A program made the position numbers and the translations under genes. Below, one piece after another: positions 19,420 through 28,478 of a stretch of DNA of 64,000 bases. This DNA is from an uncultured bacterium (lineage in GTDB: Bacteria; Babelota; Babeliae; Babelales; Vermiphilaceae), in the NCBI GenBank assembly GCA_963695335.1, contig OY968764.1:832001-896000 (forward strand), written 5' to 3'. The stretch's first letter is position 1. Each line of letters starts with the position of its first letter. The notes under the pieces were generated by a model. That model made no database searches, had not been told where the DNA came from, and saw only the letters and a list, made by a program, of their open reading frames with translations.

Positions 19420-20262
19420 ATGATTGCATGTATAGATTACACCTTACTACTCGTCTTGCAAGGAGCCGCACTGCTGGGAATAACAGCAGGGGCGCTCGGC
19501 TCTTTTGCATTATTACGCCAACAAAGTTTACTTGGTGATGCAATATCACATGCAGCATTGCCAGGAATTGTATTGATGTTTTTATGCACGCATAGTAAAA
19601 ACCCATGGGTGTTGTTAGCAGGCGGTGCATTTGCAGGAGTTATAGGTGTAGTGAGTATGCATTATATTCTTGCACGCACAACCCTTAAGAAAGATGCAGT
19701 GCTTGGCATTATTTTATCAGTGTTTTTTGGTTTTGGTCTTGTACTGATGACGGTTGCACAAAAAATACCAAGTAGTAATCAAGCTATTTTAAACAAATTT
19801 TTATTTGGTAATGTATCAACGTTGCTTTATCAAGATATAAGTGCAATCGCACTCATATCTTGTTTTATTATGATTATATTAATGTTGTGTTGGAAAGAGT
19901 GCACCATGTATGTTTTTGATCCAATTTTTGCGCAATCATTAGGATTTAAAACAATAATTATAGAAACAATTATTACGGTGTTGCTGATACTTGCAATTGT
20001 CATCGGTTTGCAAACTGTTGGTGTTATTTTGATGAGTACTATGCTCATTGCACCCGCAGCAGCAGCACGTCAGTGGGTGACACAATTATTGCACATGGTT
20101 GTGCTTGCAAGTTTTTTTGGCGCTTGTGCCGCAATTATTGGTGTGTGTGCAAGTAGTGTCATTGATCATCTGCCAACAGGTCCGGCGATTGTAGTTGCAG
20201 CAAGTTGTATTGTATTTTTTTCTTTATTGTGTGCACCGCACAGAGGTGTTGCATGGCGATAA
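19420..20262 (+). CDS. troC: Metal ABC transporter permease (TroC)
   Basis: SLLGDAISHAALPG, DAVLGI, GLQTVGVILMSTMLIAPAAAARQW. Confidence 0.88.
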   Translation: MIACIDYTLLLVLQGAALLGITAGALGSFALLRQQSLLGDAISHAALPGIVLMFLCTHSKNPWVLLAGGAFAGVIGVVSMHYILARTTLKKDAVLGIILSVFFGFGLVLMTVAQKIPSSNQAILNKFLFGNVSTLLYQDISAIALISCFIMIILMLCWKECTMYVFDPIFAQSLGFKTIIIETIITVLLILAIVIGLQTVGVILMSTMLIAPAAAARQWVTQLLHMVVLASFFGACAAIIGVCASSVIDHLPTGPAIVVAASCIVFFSLLCAPHRGVAWR

Positions 20263-21125
20263 ATATGTTGCATCTGGAAATTATAACCATTGCAATTTTG
20301 GCGGCTGTTACATGCTGTTTGCCTGGTTTATTTTTGGTGTTGCGTGGTGTTGCCATGATGAGTGATGCAATTAGCCATGCCATTTTATTAGGCATTGTGG
20401 TGATGTTTTTGTGTGTTCAAAGTTTAACTTCGCCATTGCTGATTGTGGGTGCGGCATTGACAGGTGTGTTAACCGTGCTGTGTACAGAGATGATTATTAA
20501 AAGTAAGCGTTTAAAACAAGATGCGGCGATTGGTCTTGTATTTCCTCTCTTTTTTTCCGTTGGTGTTATTTTGGTTTCTCAGTGTGCGCGCAACGTGCAC
20601 CTGGACACGGATATGGTTTTATTGGGAGAACTTGCCTTCGCGCCATTCAACCGTTTTATGGTGAATGGCATGGATTGTGGCCCGCGGGCATTGTGGGTGA
20701 TGGGTATTGCGCTTATTATTAATATTGTGTTTGTGCGACTGTTCTATAAAGAATTAGTGATCACCACGTTTGATGCTACTCTTGCAACTATGACCGGTTT
20801 TTCCCCCGCTTTGTTCTATTATCTGCTGATGATCGTTACAAGTATCACCACAGTTGCCACATTTGATGCTGTGGGAGCTATTATGGTGGTTGCGTTGATG
20901 ATTACACCTCCATCTAGTGCATATTTATTGACCCAAAGAGTCAGCGATATGCTCTTTTTAACTGTTATTTTTGCTGTTTTATCAGCCATTTTAGGCTATA
21001 TTTTCGCTTCCTACGCTGATGTTTCTATTGCTGGTTCTATTGCCTCCATGACGGGGGTTTTTTTTATTGGGGCGCTGATTTCGCGCCCGATACGGCTAAA
21101 AACCATAAATATGATTTCAAATTGA
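20253..21125 (+). CDS. troD: Metal ABC transporter permease (TroD)
   Basis: MMSDAISHAILLG, VHLDTDMVLLGEL, FDAVGAIMVVA. Confidence 0.88.
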   Translation: MAINMLHLEIITIAILAAVTCCLPGLFLVLRGVAMMSDAISHAILLGIVVMFLCVQSLTSPLLIVGAALTGVLTVLCTEMIIKSKRLKQDAAIGLVFPLFFSVGVILVSQCARNVHLDTDMVLLGELAFAPFNRFMVNGMDCGPRALWVMGIALIINIVFVRLFYKELVITTFDATLATMTGFSPALFYYLLMIVTSITTVATFDAVGAIMVVALMITPPSSAYLLTQRVSDMLFLTVIFAVLSAILGYIFASYADVSIAGSIASMTGVFFIGALISRPIRLKTINMISN

Positions 21126-21198
21126 TCATTTTTGAGAAATCTATATACTGGATAGTATATAATGAAGTGTTAGGGGAATTATCAATTTGGAGACAATT

Positions 21199-22101
21199 AT
21201 GAATAAGAAATATTTCATTTGCAGCCTTTTAATGATGTTTTTGATGATTTCTAAGCCATCTTTTTCTATGGACAATAACGATAAAAACAGTGGATATTTA
21301 TGGCAGAGTTTTGCTATTGGTGCAACCTTAGGAGCTGCTTTGCCACATTTGTTGGGTAAAATGATGGCTTCTATTTATGAAGACGTTACTCCTGAAACAC
21401 AAAAGTGGGCAATAAAGGTTTTAGAGGAAAGTGGTATAAAGGGTGTAGACAAGATTTCATTTAAAAAAGCAAAAGATGAGCAAGGTTGGGAGGCACGCTA
21501 TGATTATTTTATTACTATTCCTGAAGATTTTGATCCCCTCAAATGTGCTCGTCAAAAATGCTTGGAAGGTGAATTTCTTTTAAAACATGAAGTTAAACAT
21601 GTTCAAAATTATGATATAACTAAAAGAACAGCTCTTATGGTTGGAATAATTGCAGTAAGTTGTGTTCTTGCTAAAGAAAAATCATTTATTACAATACCTT
21701 TTGTGCCTCTTGGATATGGAACTAATATGGTTTATTGTAAATATCAAGAAAGCGAAGCAGATCGATTTGCTTATGAGAGAGCAAGAAGCAGGGAAGAACT
21801 TATAGCTGCTAAAAATTATTTTATACAAATACGTACGAAATATGAGAAAGAATTTTTACAAAGGCGTGAGGATGATTTATTAAAATTAAAATCACTGAGA
21901 GCAACTAATGGTATAGAAGAGAAAGAATTTCAGAATAAAAAAGATAAGATTTTTTCTATGCTACGTAATAAAGATATGCTGTTGGACATTACCGAGTTCA
22001 TAGGAGATCGTGAGCATCCATCTTTGAAAAGTAGAGCTGGAATGGCTCAAGATTATATACAGAAGTGGGATAAGGATCATTCTGTGGGTGAAAGAAGTTA
22101 G
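21199..22101 (+). CDS. Secreted M48-like zinc metalloprotease
   Basis: LKHEVKH (HExxH), QESEADRFA, C-terminal HPS; signal peptide. Confidence 0.7.
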   Translation: MNKKYFICSLLMMFLMISKPSFSMDNNDKNSGYLWQSFAIGATLGAALPHLLGKMMASIYEDVTPETQKWAIKVLEESGIKGVDKISFKKAKDEQGWEARYDYFITIPEDFDPLKCARQKCLEGEFLLKHEVKHVQNYDITKRTALMVGIIAVSCVLAKEKSFITIPFVPLGYGTNMVYCKYQESEADRFAYERARSREELIAAKNYFIQIRTKYEKEFLQRREDDLLKLKSLRATNGIEEKEFQNKKDKIFSMLRNKDMLLDITEFIGDREHPSLKSRAGMAQDYIQKWDKDHSVGERS

Positions 22102-22110
22102 AGGCAATTT

Positions 22111-23034
22111 ATGAATAGAAAATATTTAAAACATGCGGCTTTAATGCTGCTTTTTACGTTTATTAGCCCATCCTCTTCCATGGATCAGGAGAATGTGGGG
22201 TATGGGAAAAAGATTGCCAAGACGTTTAAAGCTTTTTTTAATAAACCTTGTGTTAAGTATGAAGATGTTTCAAGGGAAACAGAAAGTTGGGCAAGGCAAG
22301 AATTGCGTAAGAGTAATATAGACAATGCTGCAACTGTCCCATTAAAAAAAGCATTGAAATATGAAGGTTGGCATGTGCGTAGCAATACCATTTTTATTCC
22401 CGAAACTTTCAATCCAAATAAATGTAGTTCCGGTGAATTACTAGAGGCAGCATGGTCTCTAAAACATGAAGTGAAGCATTTTAATAATAAAGATGGCCTT
22501 AAACGCCAGTTATTTGTGGGACCTATAGCAACAACAGGAATTTTGGCAGCATTACTTGCAGACAAATATCCCCGTTATATTCCGAGGGTTACACTTTTTG
22601 TTTGGGGGCTTATACCTTTGGCTTGTGGGGGACCGCTTTTCCATATTAGATATCAAGAAAAAGAAGCAGACCGATTTGCTTTTGAGCATGCAAACACAAG
22701 ACAAGAAATTGTTGCGGTTAAAGAAAAATTGGATAAGGCTATAGTATATTTTGAAGATAATTTGTTGCGAAATAAATTTTATGGCAATAAGGTTCAGAGA
22801 AGTTCATATTCATATATCGCTCCCATAATAACTGATATTAATACACAACTTTCTGATAATAATATTTCTGATGAAGATAAAATTGTGCTTCATAGAAAAA
22901 AAACGAAAATTCTAAAAATGGCTTATTTTGTTTTTGACCCTGATCATCCTTCCCTGAGAAGTAGAGCTGGAATGGCCCAAGATTATATAAATAAGTGGGA
23001 TAGAGAGCATCCAGGGGATGAAAAAAGAGCTTAA
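22111..23034 (+). CDS. Secreted M48-like zinc metalloprotease, tandem paralog
   Basis: LKHEVKH, QEKEADRFA, HPSLRSRAGMAQDYI. Confidence 0.7.
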   Translation: MNRKYLKHAALMLLFTFISPSSSMDQENVGYGKKIAKTFKAFFNKPCVKYEDVSRETESWARQELRKSNIDNAATVPLKKALKYEGWHVRSNTIFIPETFNPNKCSSGELLEAAWSLKHEVKHFNNKDGLKRQLFVGPIATTGILAALLADKYPRYIPRVTLFVWGLIPLACGGPLFHIRYQEKEADRFAFEHANTRQEIVAVKEKLDKAIVYFEDNLLRNKFYGNKVQRSSYSYIAPIITDINTQLSDNNISDEDKIVLHRKKTKILKMAYFVFDPDHPSLRSRAGMAQDYINKWDREHPGDEKRA

Positions 23035-23133
23035 TCATTTGATTTTGCGTTATTTAAAGAAATCTCGTATAATAATGTATATTCCTTAGTTTAAAACATA
23101 AATTTATATTTTTTTAGTTTTTAGGATGATGTC

Positions 23134-23391
23134 ATGCCAGTACCAAAACGAAAACGCTCCAGAGCCCGCCGTGATTCACGCTTTGCAAATAAGGGTCTTA
23201 AAGTTAAAGCAATCACTGGTTGCTCTAATTGCAAAGAACCAATAGCTCCTCATACTCCATGCAAAACATGTGGTTTTTATAAAGGCGCTAAGGTCTTAGT
23301 AACCAAAGCAGACAGAAAAGTAAAACGTCTTGCTTTAAAAGCAGTTAAAACACCAGCAAAAAAAGCATCTGCAGAATCACAAGCTGAGTAA
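23134..23391 (+). CDS. rpmF: 50S ribosomal protein L32
   Basis: MPVPKRKRSRARRDSR, CxxC...HxxCxxCGFYKG. Confidence 0.93.
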   Translation: MPVPKRKRSRARRDSRFANKGLKVKAITGCSNCKEPIAPHTPCKTCGFYKGAKVLVTKADRKVKRLALKAVKTPAKKASAESQAE

Positions 23392-23423
23392 TTAATGAGT
23401 TATATAGTACGGGGAAAACCACA

Positions 23424-24479
23424 ATGATTGCGGTTGATGTTATGGGGGGCGATTATGCCCCGCAAGAAACTGTTCAAGGCGCATTAGCAGCAGCAAAAAA
23501 AGGTGTTCCCCTTATTTTATTTGGCAATCAAGATAAAGTGTTGCCTTTATTAACGCAATATTGCCCACGTTGGCGATCCCTTCCCATTGAACTTGTTCAC
23601 TGTTCTGATGTTATTGAAATGGATGAAGATCCAATTCGTGGCATGTTACGTAAAAAAGATTCTTCTATTGTTCGCGCATTGCAAGCAGTTCATGCTGGCA
23701 AAGCGCATGCTTTTGTTTCAGCAGGTAATTCCGGAGCGGTCATGGCAGCGGCATCAGTTACTGTTGGTCGTGTGCCGGGAGTTCTTCGTCCTGCAATTGG
23801 CAGTTTTTTGCCAACAACCCATGGATCATTGTTTTGTCTTGATTTGGGAGCCAATCCTGATTGCAAGCCAGAATATTTGGTCCAGTTTGCGTATATGGGG
23901 TATGCGTATGTTCGCATAGCCAAAGCCATTGCGCAGCCACGAGTTGCATTACTTTCTAACGGGCATGAATCGTATAAAGGTTCAGCTTTAGTAAAACAAG
24001 CTTTTGAATTGATTGCACAAACAGGTCTTGAATTTGTTGGCAACATTGAATCGCGTGATATTTTTTCTGGTCGTGCCGAAGTTATTGTTACTGATGGTTT
24101 TACCGGAAATGTTTTATTAAAGAGTATTCAAGGAACTGCAAAAGCTGTGATCGAGTGGATGAAAGATGAAGCTCAGCGTTCAATTATTTTAAAAATATTG
24201 CTTGCGTGTGCGTATCCGGTGTTGCGTTGTGTAAAGAATAGAATTGATTATGCGCGAACCGGTGGTGCGTTGCTACTAGGTATTAATAAACCAGTTGTGA
24301 TTGCACATGGTTCTTCAAAAGAGCTTGCAATTACTCAGGCGATACTATTTGCGCAAAAAACAGTTGATGAAAATATTATGCCAACGTTTAATGAAACGTT
24401 ACAAGCGTTGTTAGAAAAAGGCAAAGTGACTATGACAACTGTTAAGCAGGCTGCATCCACGCAACAGGCGCAGGTGTAG
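23424..24479 (+). CDS. plsX: Phosphate acyltransferase PlsX
   Basis: IAVDVMGGDYAP, SAGNSGA, LDLGAN, TDGFTGNVLLK, AHGSS. Confidence 0.95.
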   Translation: MIAVDVMGGDYAPQETVQGALAAAKKGVPLILFGNQDKVLPLLTQYCPRWRSLPIELVHCSDVIEMDEDPIRGMLRKKDSSIVRALQAVHAGKAHAFVSAGNSGAVMAAASVTVGRVPGVLRPAIGSFLPTTHGSLFCLDLGANPDCKPEYLVQFAYMGYAYVRIAKAIAQPRVALLSNGHESYKGSALVKQAFELIAQTGLEFVGNIESRDIFSGRAEVIVTDGFTGNVLLKSIQGTAKAVIEWMKDEAQRSIILKILLACAYPVLRCVKNRIDYARTGGALLLGINKPVVIAHGSSKELAITQAILFAQKTVDENIMPTFNETLQALLEKGKVTMTTVKQAASTQQAQV

Positions 24480-24515
24480 CACTTTATTTTTTTCTTGAAG
24501 TATGATACGTTGCTG

Positions 24516-24546
24516 CTTATCCGCCGAAGCTTTATGCGTAGGAGGA
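24516..24546 (-). repeat. Family B palindrome, intergenic
   Basis: Reverse complement TCCTCCTACGCATAAAGCTTCGGCGGATAAG. Confidence 0.7.
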
Positions 24547-24582
24547 AATAAGTTTAACAATAGTTTTTTGGAGTTATGTACT

Positions 24583-25260
24583 ATGGCTATTCAAAATACA
24601 CATTCAGTAGTAAAAAATATTTCTCGATTCATGTACGCAAATGATAAAAACATTCTCAGAGCTGTTATTTTTGTAGCTCTTTTGATTGTTTTATTTTTTG
24701 CTCGTAAACTGTGGATCATTAATAAAGAACAATCAGCGCAATATGATTTTGCAGCATTAATGACAGAGTTTGAAACAGTATCGCGTGAAAAAGATCCGCA
24801 ATGGTCACCATTGCTTGAAAAATTTGAGACACAATATCAAAAACATTCAAGTTCATCAGTTCTGCCGTATTATTTGGGTTACAAAGTTCAGATTTTATTA
24901 GCGCAAGATAAAAAAGAAGAAGCGCTTGTTACATTGGATAAAATGATTGCGGATATGTTACCAGAATCTGCGTTGATTGCATTGTATGAAATGGAACGTG
25001 CGTTAATTCAGTTGGATATTGATGATGCAAAATTGAATGAAATTGGTTTAGACATGTTAAAGATGTTAGCGCAAGATAAAGGTAATATCTACCGTGATAG
25101 CGCGCAATATTATTTAGGCCGTTATTATTGGTCGAATAATCAGGTTGCTGATGCGCGTGCAATTTGGCAGCAACTTGTTGATGAACAACGTGATGAAAAA
25201 ATGGCGCCATCTCCGTGGGTTGATCAAGTACAACAACAATTGGCATTAACAATAGTATAA
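24583..25260 (+). CDS. Membrane-anchored TPR-like protein (YfgM-like)
   Basis: N-terminal TM, helical body with AQYYLGRYYW...ARAIWQQL. Confidence 0.55.
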   Translation: MAIQNTHSVVKNISRFMYANDKNILRAVIFVALLIVLFFARKLWIINKEQSAQYDFAALMTEFETVSREKDPQWSPLLEKFETQYQKHSSSSVLPYYLGYKVQILLAQDKKEEALVTLDKMIADMLPESALIALYEMERALIQLDIDDAKLNEIGLDMLKMLAQDKGNIYRDSAQYYLGRYYWSNNQVADARAIWQQLVDEQRDEKMAPSPWVDQVQQQLALTIV

Positions 25261-25283
25261 TAAATTTTATTTATAATTATGAA

Positions 25284-25427
25284 TGTTCGTATGTTTCGAC
25301 AAGCTCAACACGAACGGAGAGAGCGTTGAGCGCAGTGTTTACTACTGAGCTTGACGAAGTATCAACACGAACGGATTAGAAAATTTTATATCTCCGTTCG
25401 TACTGAGCCTGTCGAAGTAAACGAACA
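25284..25427. repeat. Family A repeat cluster
   Basis: Begins with 34 bp identical to 15340-15373; inverted arm CCGTTCGTACTGAGCCTGTCGAAGTAAACGAACA; extra internal arm. Confidence 0.85.
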
Positions 25428-25442
25428 CAACTGGAAGTTTAC

Positions 25443-26858
25443 ATGAAAAATAACACGGTGCGCGTTCGCTTTGCACCATCACCAACAGGGCATTTGCACA
25501 TTGGTGGGCTGCGAACAGCATTATTTAATTGGCTTTTTGCGCGTCATCATGGTGGCGCGTTTTTACTTCGCATAGAAGATACAGATTTTGATCGTTCAAC
25601 GCAGGAATATCGTGATTCAATTTTACATTCCTTTGCATGGACGCAATTGGAACATGATGAAGAAATTATCACGCAAAGTGAACGTTTTTCTGAATATCAT
25701 AAAATTGCTCAGCAATTGATTGATGCAAAAAAAGCATACCGTTGTTTTTGCTCACCGGAAGATCTTGCATCCCGTTATGATAAAGAAACAGGCGGAGATT
25801 TTTTTGTTACCTATGATGGTTATTGCCGTGATCGTGCTGAACAACCTGGTGATGAGAACACACAGCATGTTGTTCGCTTTAAGCTTCCAGAAAATCGCAC
25901 GGAAATAACTTTCCAGGACCTTATTAAAGGTCCCATCACTATCAGTTTAGAAAATATGGATGATTTTATTATTGTCCGTTCCGGTGGTTTTCCGATGTAT
26001 AATTTTGCAGTTGTTGTTGATGATGCATTTATGCATATCACGCACATTATTCGTGGTGAAGAACACATTGTTAATACACCAAAACAAATTTTGTTAAATG
26101 AAGCGTGCGGATACACTAATCCACAATTTGGTCATTTACCTCTTATTTTAGGCCCAAGCGGTGATAAACTGAGTAAACGTGATGGTGCAACTTCGGTGAT
26201 TGAATATCGCAAAGAAGGTTATTTGCCGCATGCATTGCTGAACTATTTAGCACGTCTTGGCTGGTCACATGGTGATCAAGAAATTTTTTCATTATCAGAA
26301 CTGATTGAACATTTTACGTTGGATACTATTGGCACAAAGAGTGCTATTTTTGATTTTGAAAAACTTGCATGGGTTAACACGGTTTACTTAAAAGCGTTAT
26401 CTGAAGAACAAATTATTGATGCAATTGTTGCTGATGTTAATACTCATTTTTTAACAAAGTTCAGTTGGAGTGTTGATACAATCAAACAAGCAGTTACTTT
26501 GTACAAAGAACGCGTTAAAACATTGCGAATGCTTGTTGATGAATTAGTGCTTGTGCACAACGGTCCACAAGAATATAATTCTGAAGATATTCAGAAATGG
26601 GTTACTGCCGATACGGCACAGCACCTTGATGCTGCAATAGAAGCGTTTGGAAAATGTGACGTGTTTACGCATGATAATTGTGCTGCAGTTGGAAAAGAGT
26701 TGGCTGCAACACTTGGTATTAAATTAGTAAACTTGCTGCAACCCATTCGTCTTGCTTTGATTGGAAAAGCTTCTGGTCCTGGTGTGTTTGATTTGATGAC
26801 TGTTGTAGGAAAAGAAAAAACTGTTGCGCGATTGAAAGCATTACGTGCTAGTTTATAA
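25443..26858 (+). CDS. gltX: Glutamate--tRNA ligase
   Basis: RFAPSPTGHLHIG, RIEDTD, IRGEEH, KLSKRDG. Confidence 0.96.
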   Translation: MKNNTVRVRFAPSPTGHLHIGGLRTALFNWLFARHHGGAFLLRIEDTDFDRSTQEYRDSILHSFAWTQLEHDEEIITQSERFSEYHKIAQQLIDAKKAYRCFCSPEDLASRYDKETGGDFFVTYDGYCRDRAEQPGDENTQHVVRFKLPENRTEITFQDLIKGPITISLENMDDFIIVRSGGFPMYNFAVVVDDAFMHITHIIRGEEHIVNTPKQILLNEACGYTNPQFGHLPLILGPSGDKLSKRDGATSVIEYRKEGYLPHALLNYLARLGWSHGDQEIFSLSELIEHFTLDTIGTKSAIFDFEKLAWVNTVYLKALSEEQIIDAIVADVNTHFLTKFSWSVDTIKQAVTLYKERVKTLRMLVDELVLVHNGPQEYNSEDIQKWVTADTAQHLDAAIEAFGKCDVFTHDNCAAVGKELAATLGIKLVNLLQPIRLALIGKASGPGVFDLMTVVGKEKTVARLKALRASL

Positions 26859-26861
26859 AGA

Positions 26862-27012
26862 CGTTCGTTTCTTTCGACAGGCTCAAGACGAACGGATAAA
26901 TGCAAGTTTTATATCTCCGTTCGTGCTGAGCTTGTTTAACCCCATCTTCAGTTTCTTTCGATGGGGACCCTGATTGGAACGGAGTGGAAATTGGGGCAAA
27001 AGTAAACGAACG
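26862..27012. repeat. Family A inverted pair with ~61-bp nested insert (family C)
   Basis: Right arm CTCCGTTCGTGCTGAGCTTGT...AAGTAAACGAACG interrupted at ~26936-26996, compared with the intact arm at 25392-25427. Confidence 0.8.
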
Positions 27013-27023
27013 TGGAGATTATT

Positions 27024-27989
27024 ATGAAAACAGCATTATTATTTCCTGGATACGGTAGTCAGTTTGTTGGTATGGGTAAAGAGTTGTACGATGAATATCG
27101 CATTGTACAAGAATATTTTGAAGAAGCTTCGCATGTATTAGATATTAATTTCGTCAAGCTTTGTTTTGCGTCGTCAGACAGTGAAATAAGTCAATTAACC
27201 AACGCTTACACATCTCTTTTTTTAATTGGGGCTTGTGTTGCTGCAGTACTCAAAGAGCAAGGTATCAATGTTGATGTAGTCGCTGGATATAATAATGGTG
27301 AAACAACCGCGCTTTTTGCAGCAGGTTGTTTTTCTCTTCCTGATGGTCTTTATTTATTGAATAAATTTTGTTCATTTTATGAAGAAACTGTTGATCAAAT
27401 GAATGTGGATGCATTGCATGTTGTTGGCATTGCTACTGTGCAACTTGAAAAAACATGTGAACAACTGAGCACAGAAGAAAATAAAATTTTTGTAGCGATT
27501 TATAACAGCCCAACTGATCATATTGTTGCGGGAAATCGTGATCACCTTTCGCAATTGCATGATATATTCGAAGGCCAGGCTGAAATGGAATATGTTGGCA
27601 CAGAAGTTGGATTACATTCATCATTAGTGAATGGTGTTGTGGATCTGTTTAAAAATTTTTTAGAAAAAGTTGATTTTAAAGATTTAAAAATTCCTCTTAT
27701 CAGTTGTATTGATGGTAACATTGTTACCATGGGAGATGATACTAAAGAGCGATTTATTAGTCATATTAATTCACCATTGGAATGGTTTAAAGCAAGCAGA
27801 ATGCTTGCTTCTTACGATTGTATTTTTATTGCAACACCATCAAAGCAGCTTTATGATATGATTAAAAATCAGTATCCTGAAAAAACGGTGATATCAATTG
27901 CAACAAAAGATGATATTGAAAAAATTAAAGAAATAGTAAATGTAACACATGAAAATATAGGATTAGTTGATGGCAATAGAAATGAATGA
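27024..27989 (+). CDS. fabD: FabD-like malonyl-CoA:ACP transacylase homolog lacking the catalytic Ser
   Basis: ALLFPGYGSQFVGMGKELY, LHS, adjacent to acpP; GYNNG where GHSxG is expected. Confidence 0.8.
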   Translation: MKTALLFPGYGSQFVGMGKELYDEYRIVQEYFEEASHVLDINFVKLCFASSDSEISQLTNAYTSLFLIGACVAAVLKEQGINVDVVAGYNNGETTALFAAGCFSLPDGLYLLNKFCSFYEETVDQMNVDALHVVGIATVQLEKTCEQLSTEENKIFVAIYNSPTDHIVAGNRDHLSQLHDIFEGQAEMEYVGTEVGLHSSLVNGVVDLFKNFLEKVDFKDLKIPLISCIDGNIVTMGDDTKERFISHINSPLEWFKASRMLASYDCIFIATPSKQLYDMIKNQYPEKTVISIATKDDIEKIKEIVNVTHENIGLVDGNRNE

Positions 27990-28218
27990 GACTGCACAAA
28001 AAATAAAATCTATTATCGCTGAAAAATTACATGAAGATGCAGCAAGCATAAATTCGCAAGCAACATTGCAAGATCTTGGTGCTGATTCACTTGATATGGT
28101 TGATATTGTGATGAAAGTTGAAGAAGAGTTTGGTATTGAAATTAATGATGAAGACGCTGAGAAACTTCATACGGTCCAAGATTTTATTAACTATGTTCAT
28201 GATTTAAGAACGAAATAA
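27970..28218 (+). CDS. acpP: Acyl carrier protein
   Basis: DLGADSLDMVDIVMKVEEEFGIEINDEDAEKL. Confidence 0.95.
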   Translation: MAIEMNETAQKIKSIIAEKLHEDAASINSQATLQDLGADSLDMVDIVMKVEEEFGIEINDEDAEKLHTVQDFINYVHDLRTK

Positions 28219-28224
28219 AGAAAA

Positions 28225-28266
28225 GAGCGCTCGAAGATATCCTTCAACAGGTTCAGGACGAGCGCA
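28225..28266. repeat. Family A repeat
   Basis: GAGCGCTCGAAGATATCCTTCAACAGGTTCAGGACGAGCGCA, nearly identical to 38522-38563. Confidence 0.85.
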
Positions 28267-28478
28267 GGATAGAATTAATTAAATAAGTACCTACACATTT
28301 CGTATGATGGTTTAGGCTGCTTCTTAGCAGACTGTGGCCTGAATTCGAAATGATCTAAGGAATCCAAGGGAACCATTGGTGTGCAGTGCAGAGGGTCACA
28401 AGACCCTTTGCAAAAAAACAACCGTAACGAAGTGAAGGTTTAGGTCTCCGGCGTTAAGCTGGAGATTTTGTCTTTTCT

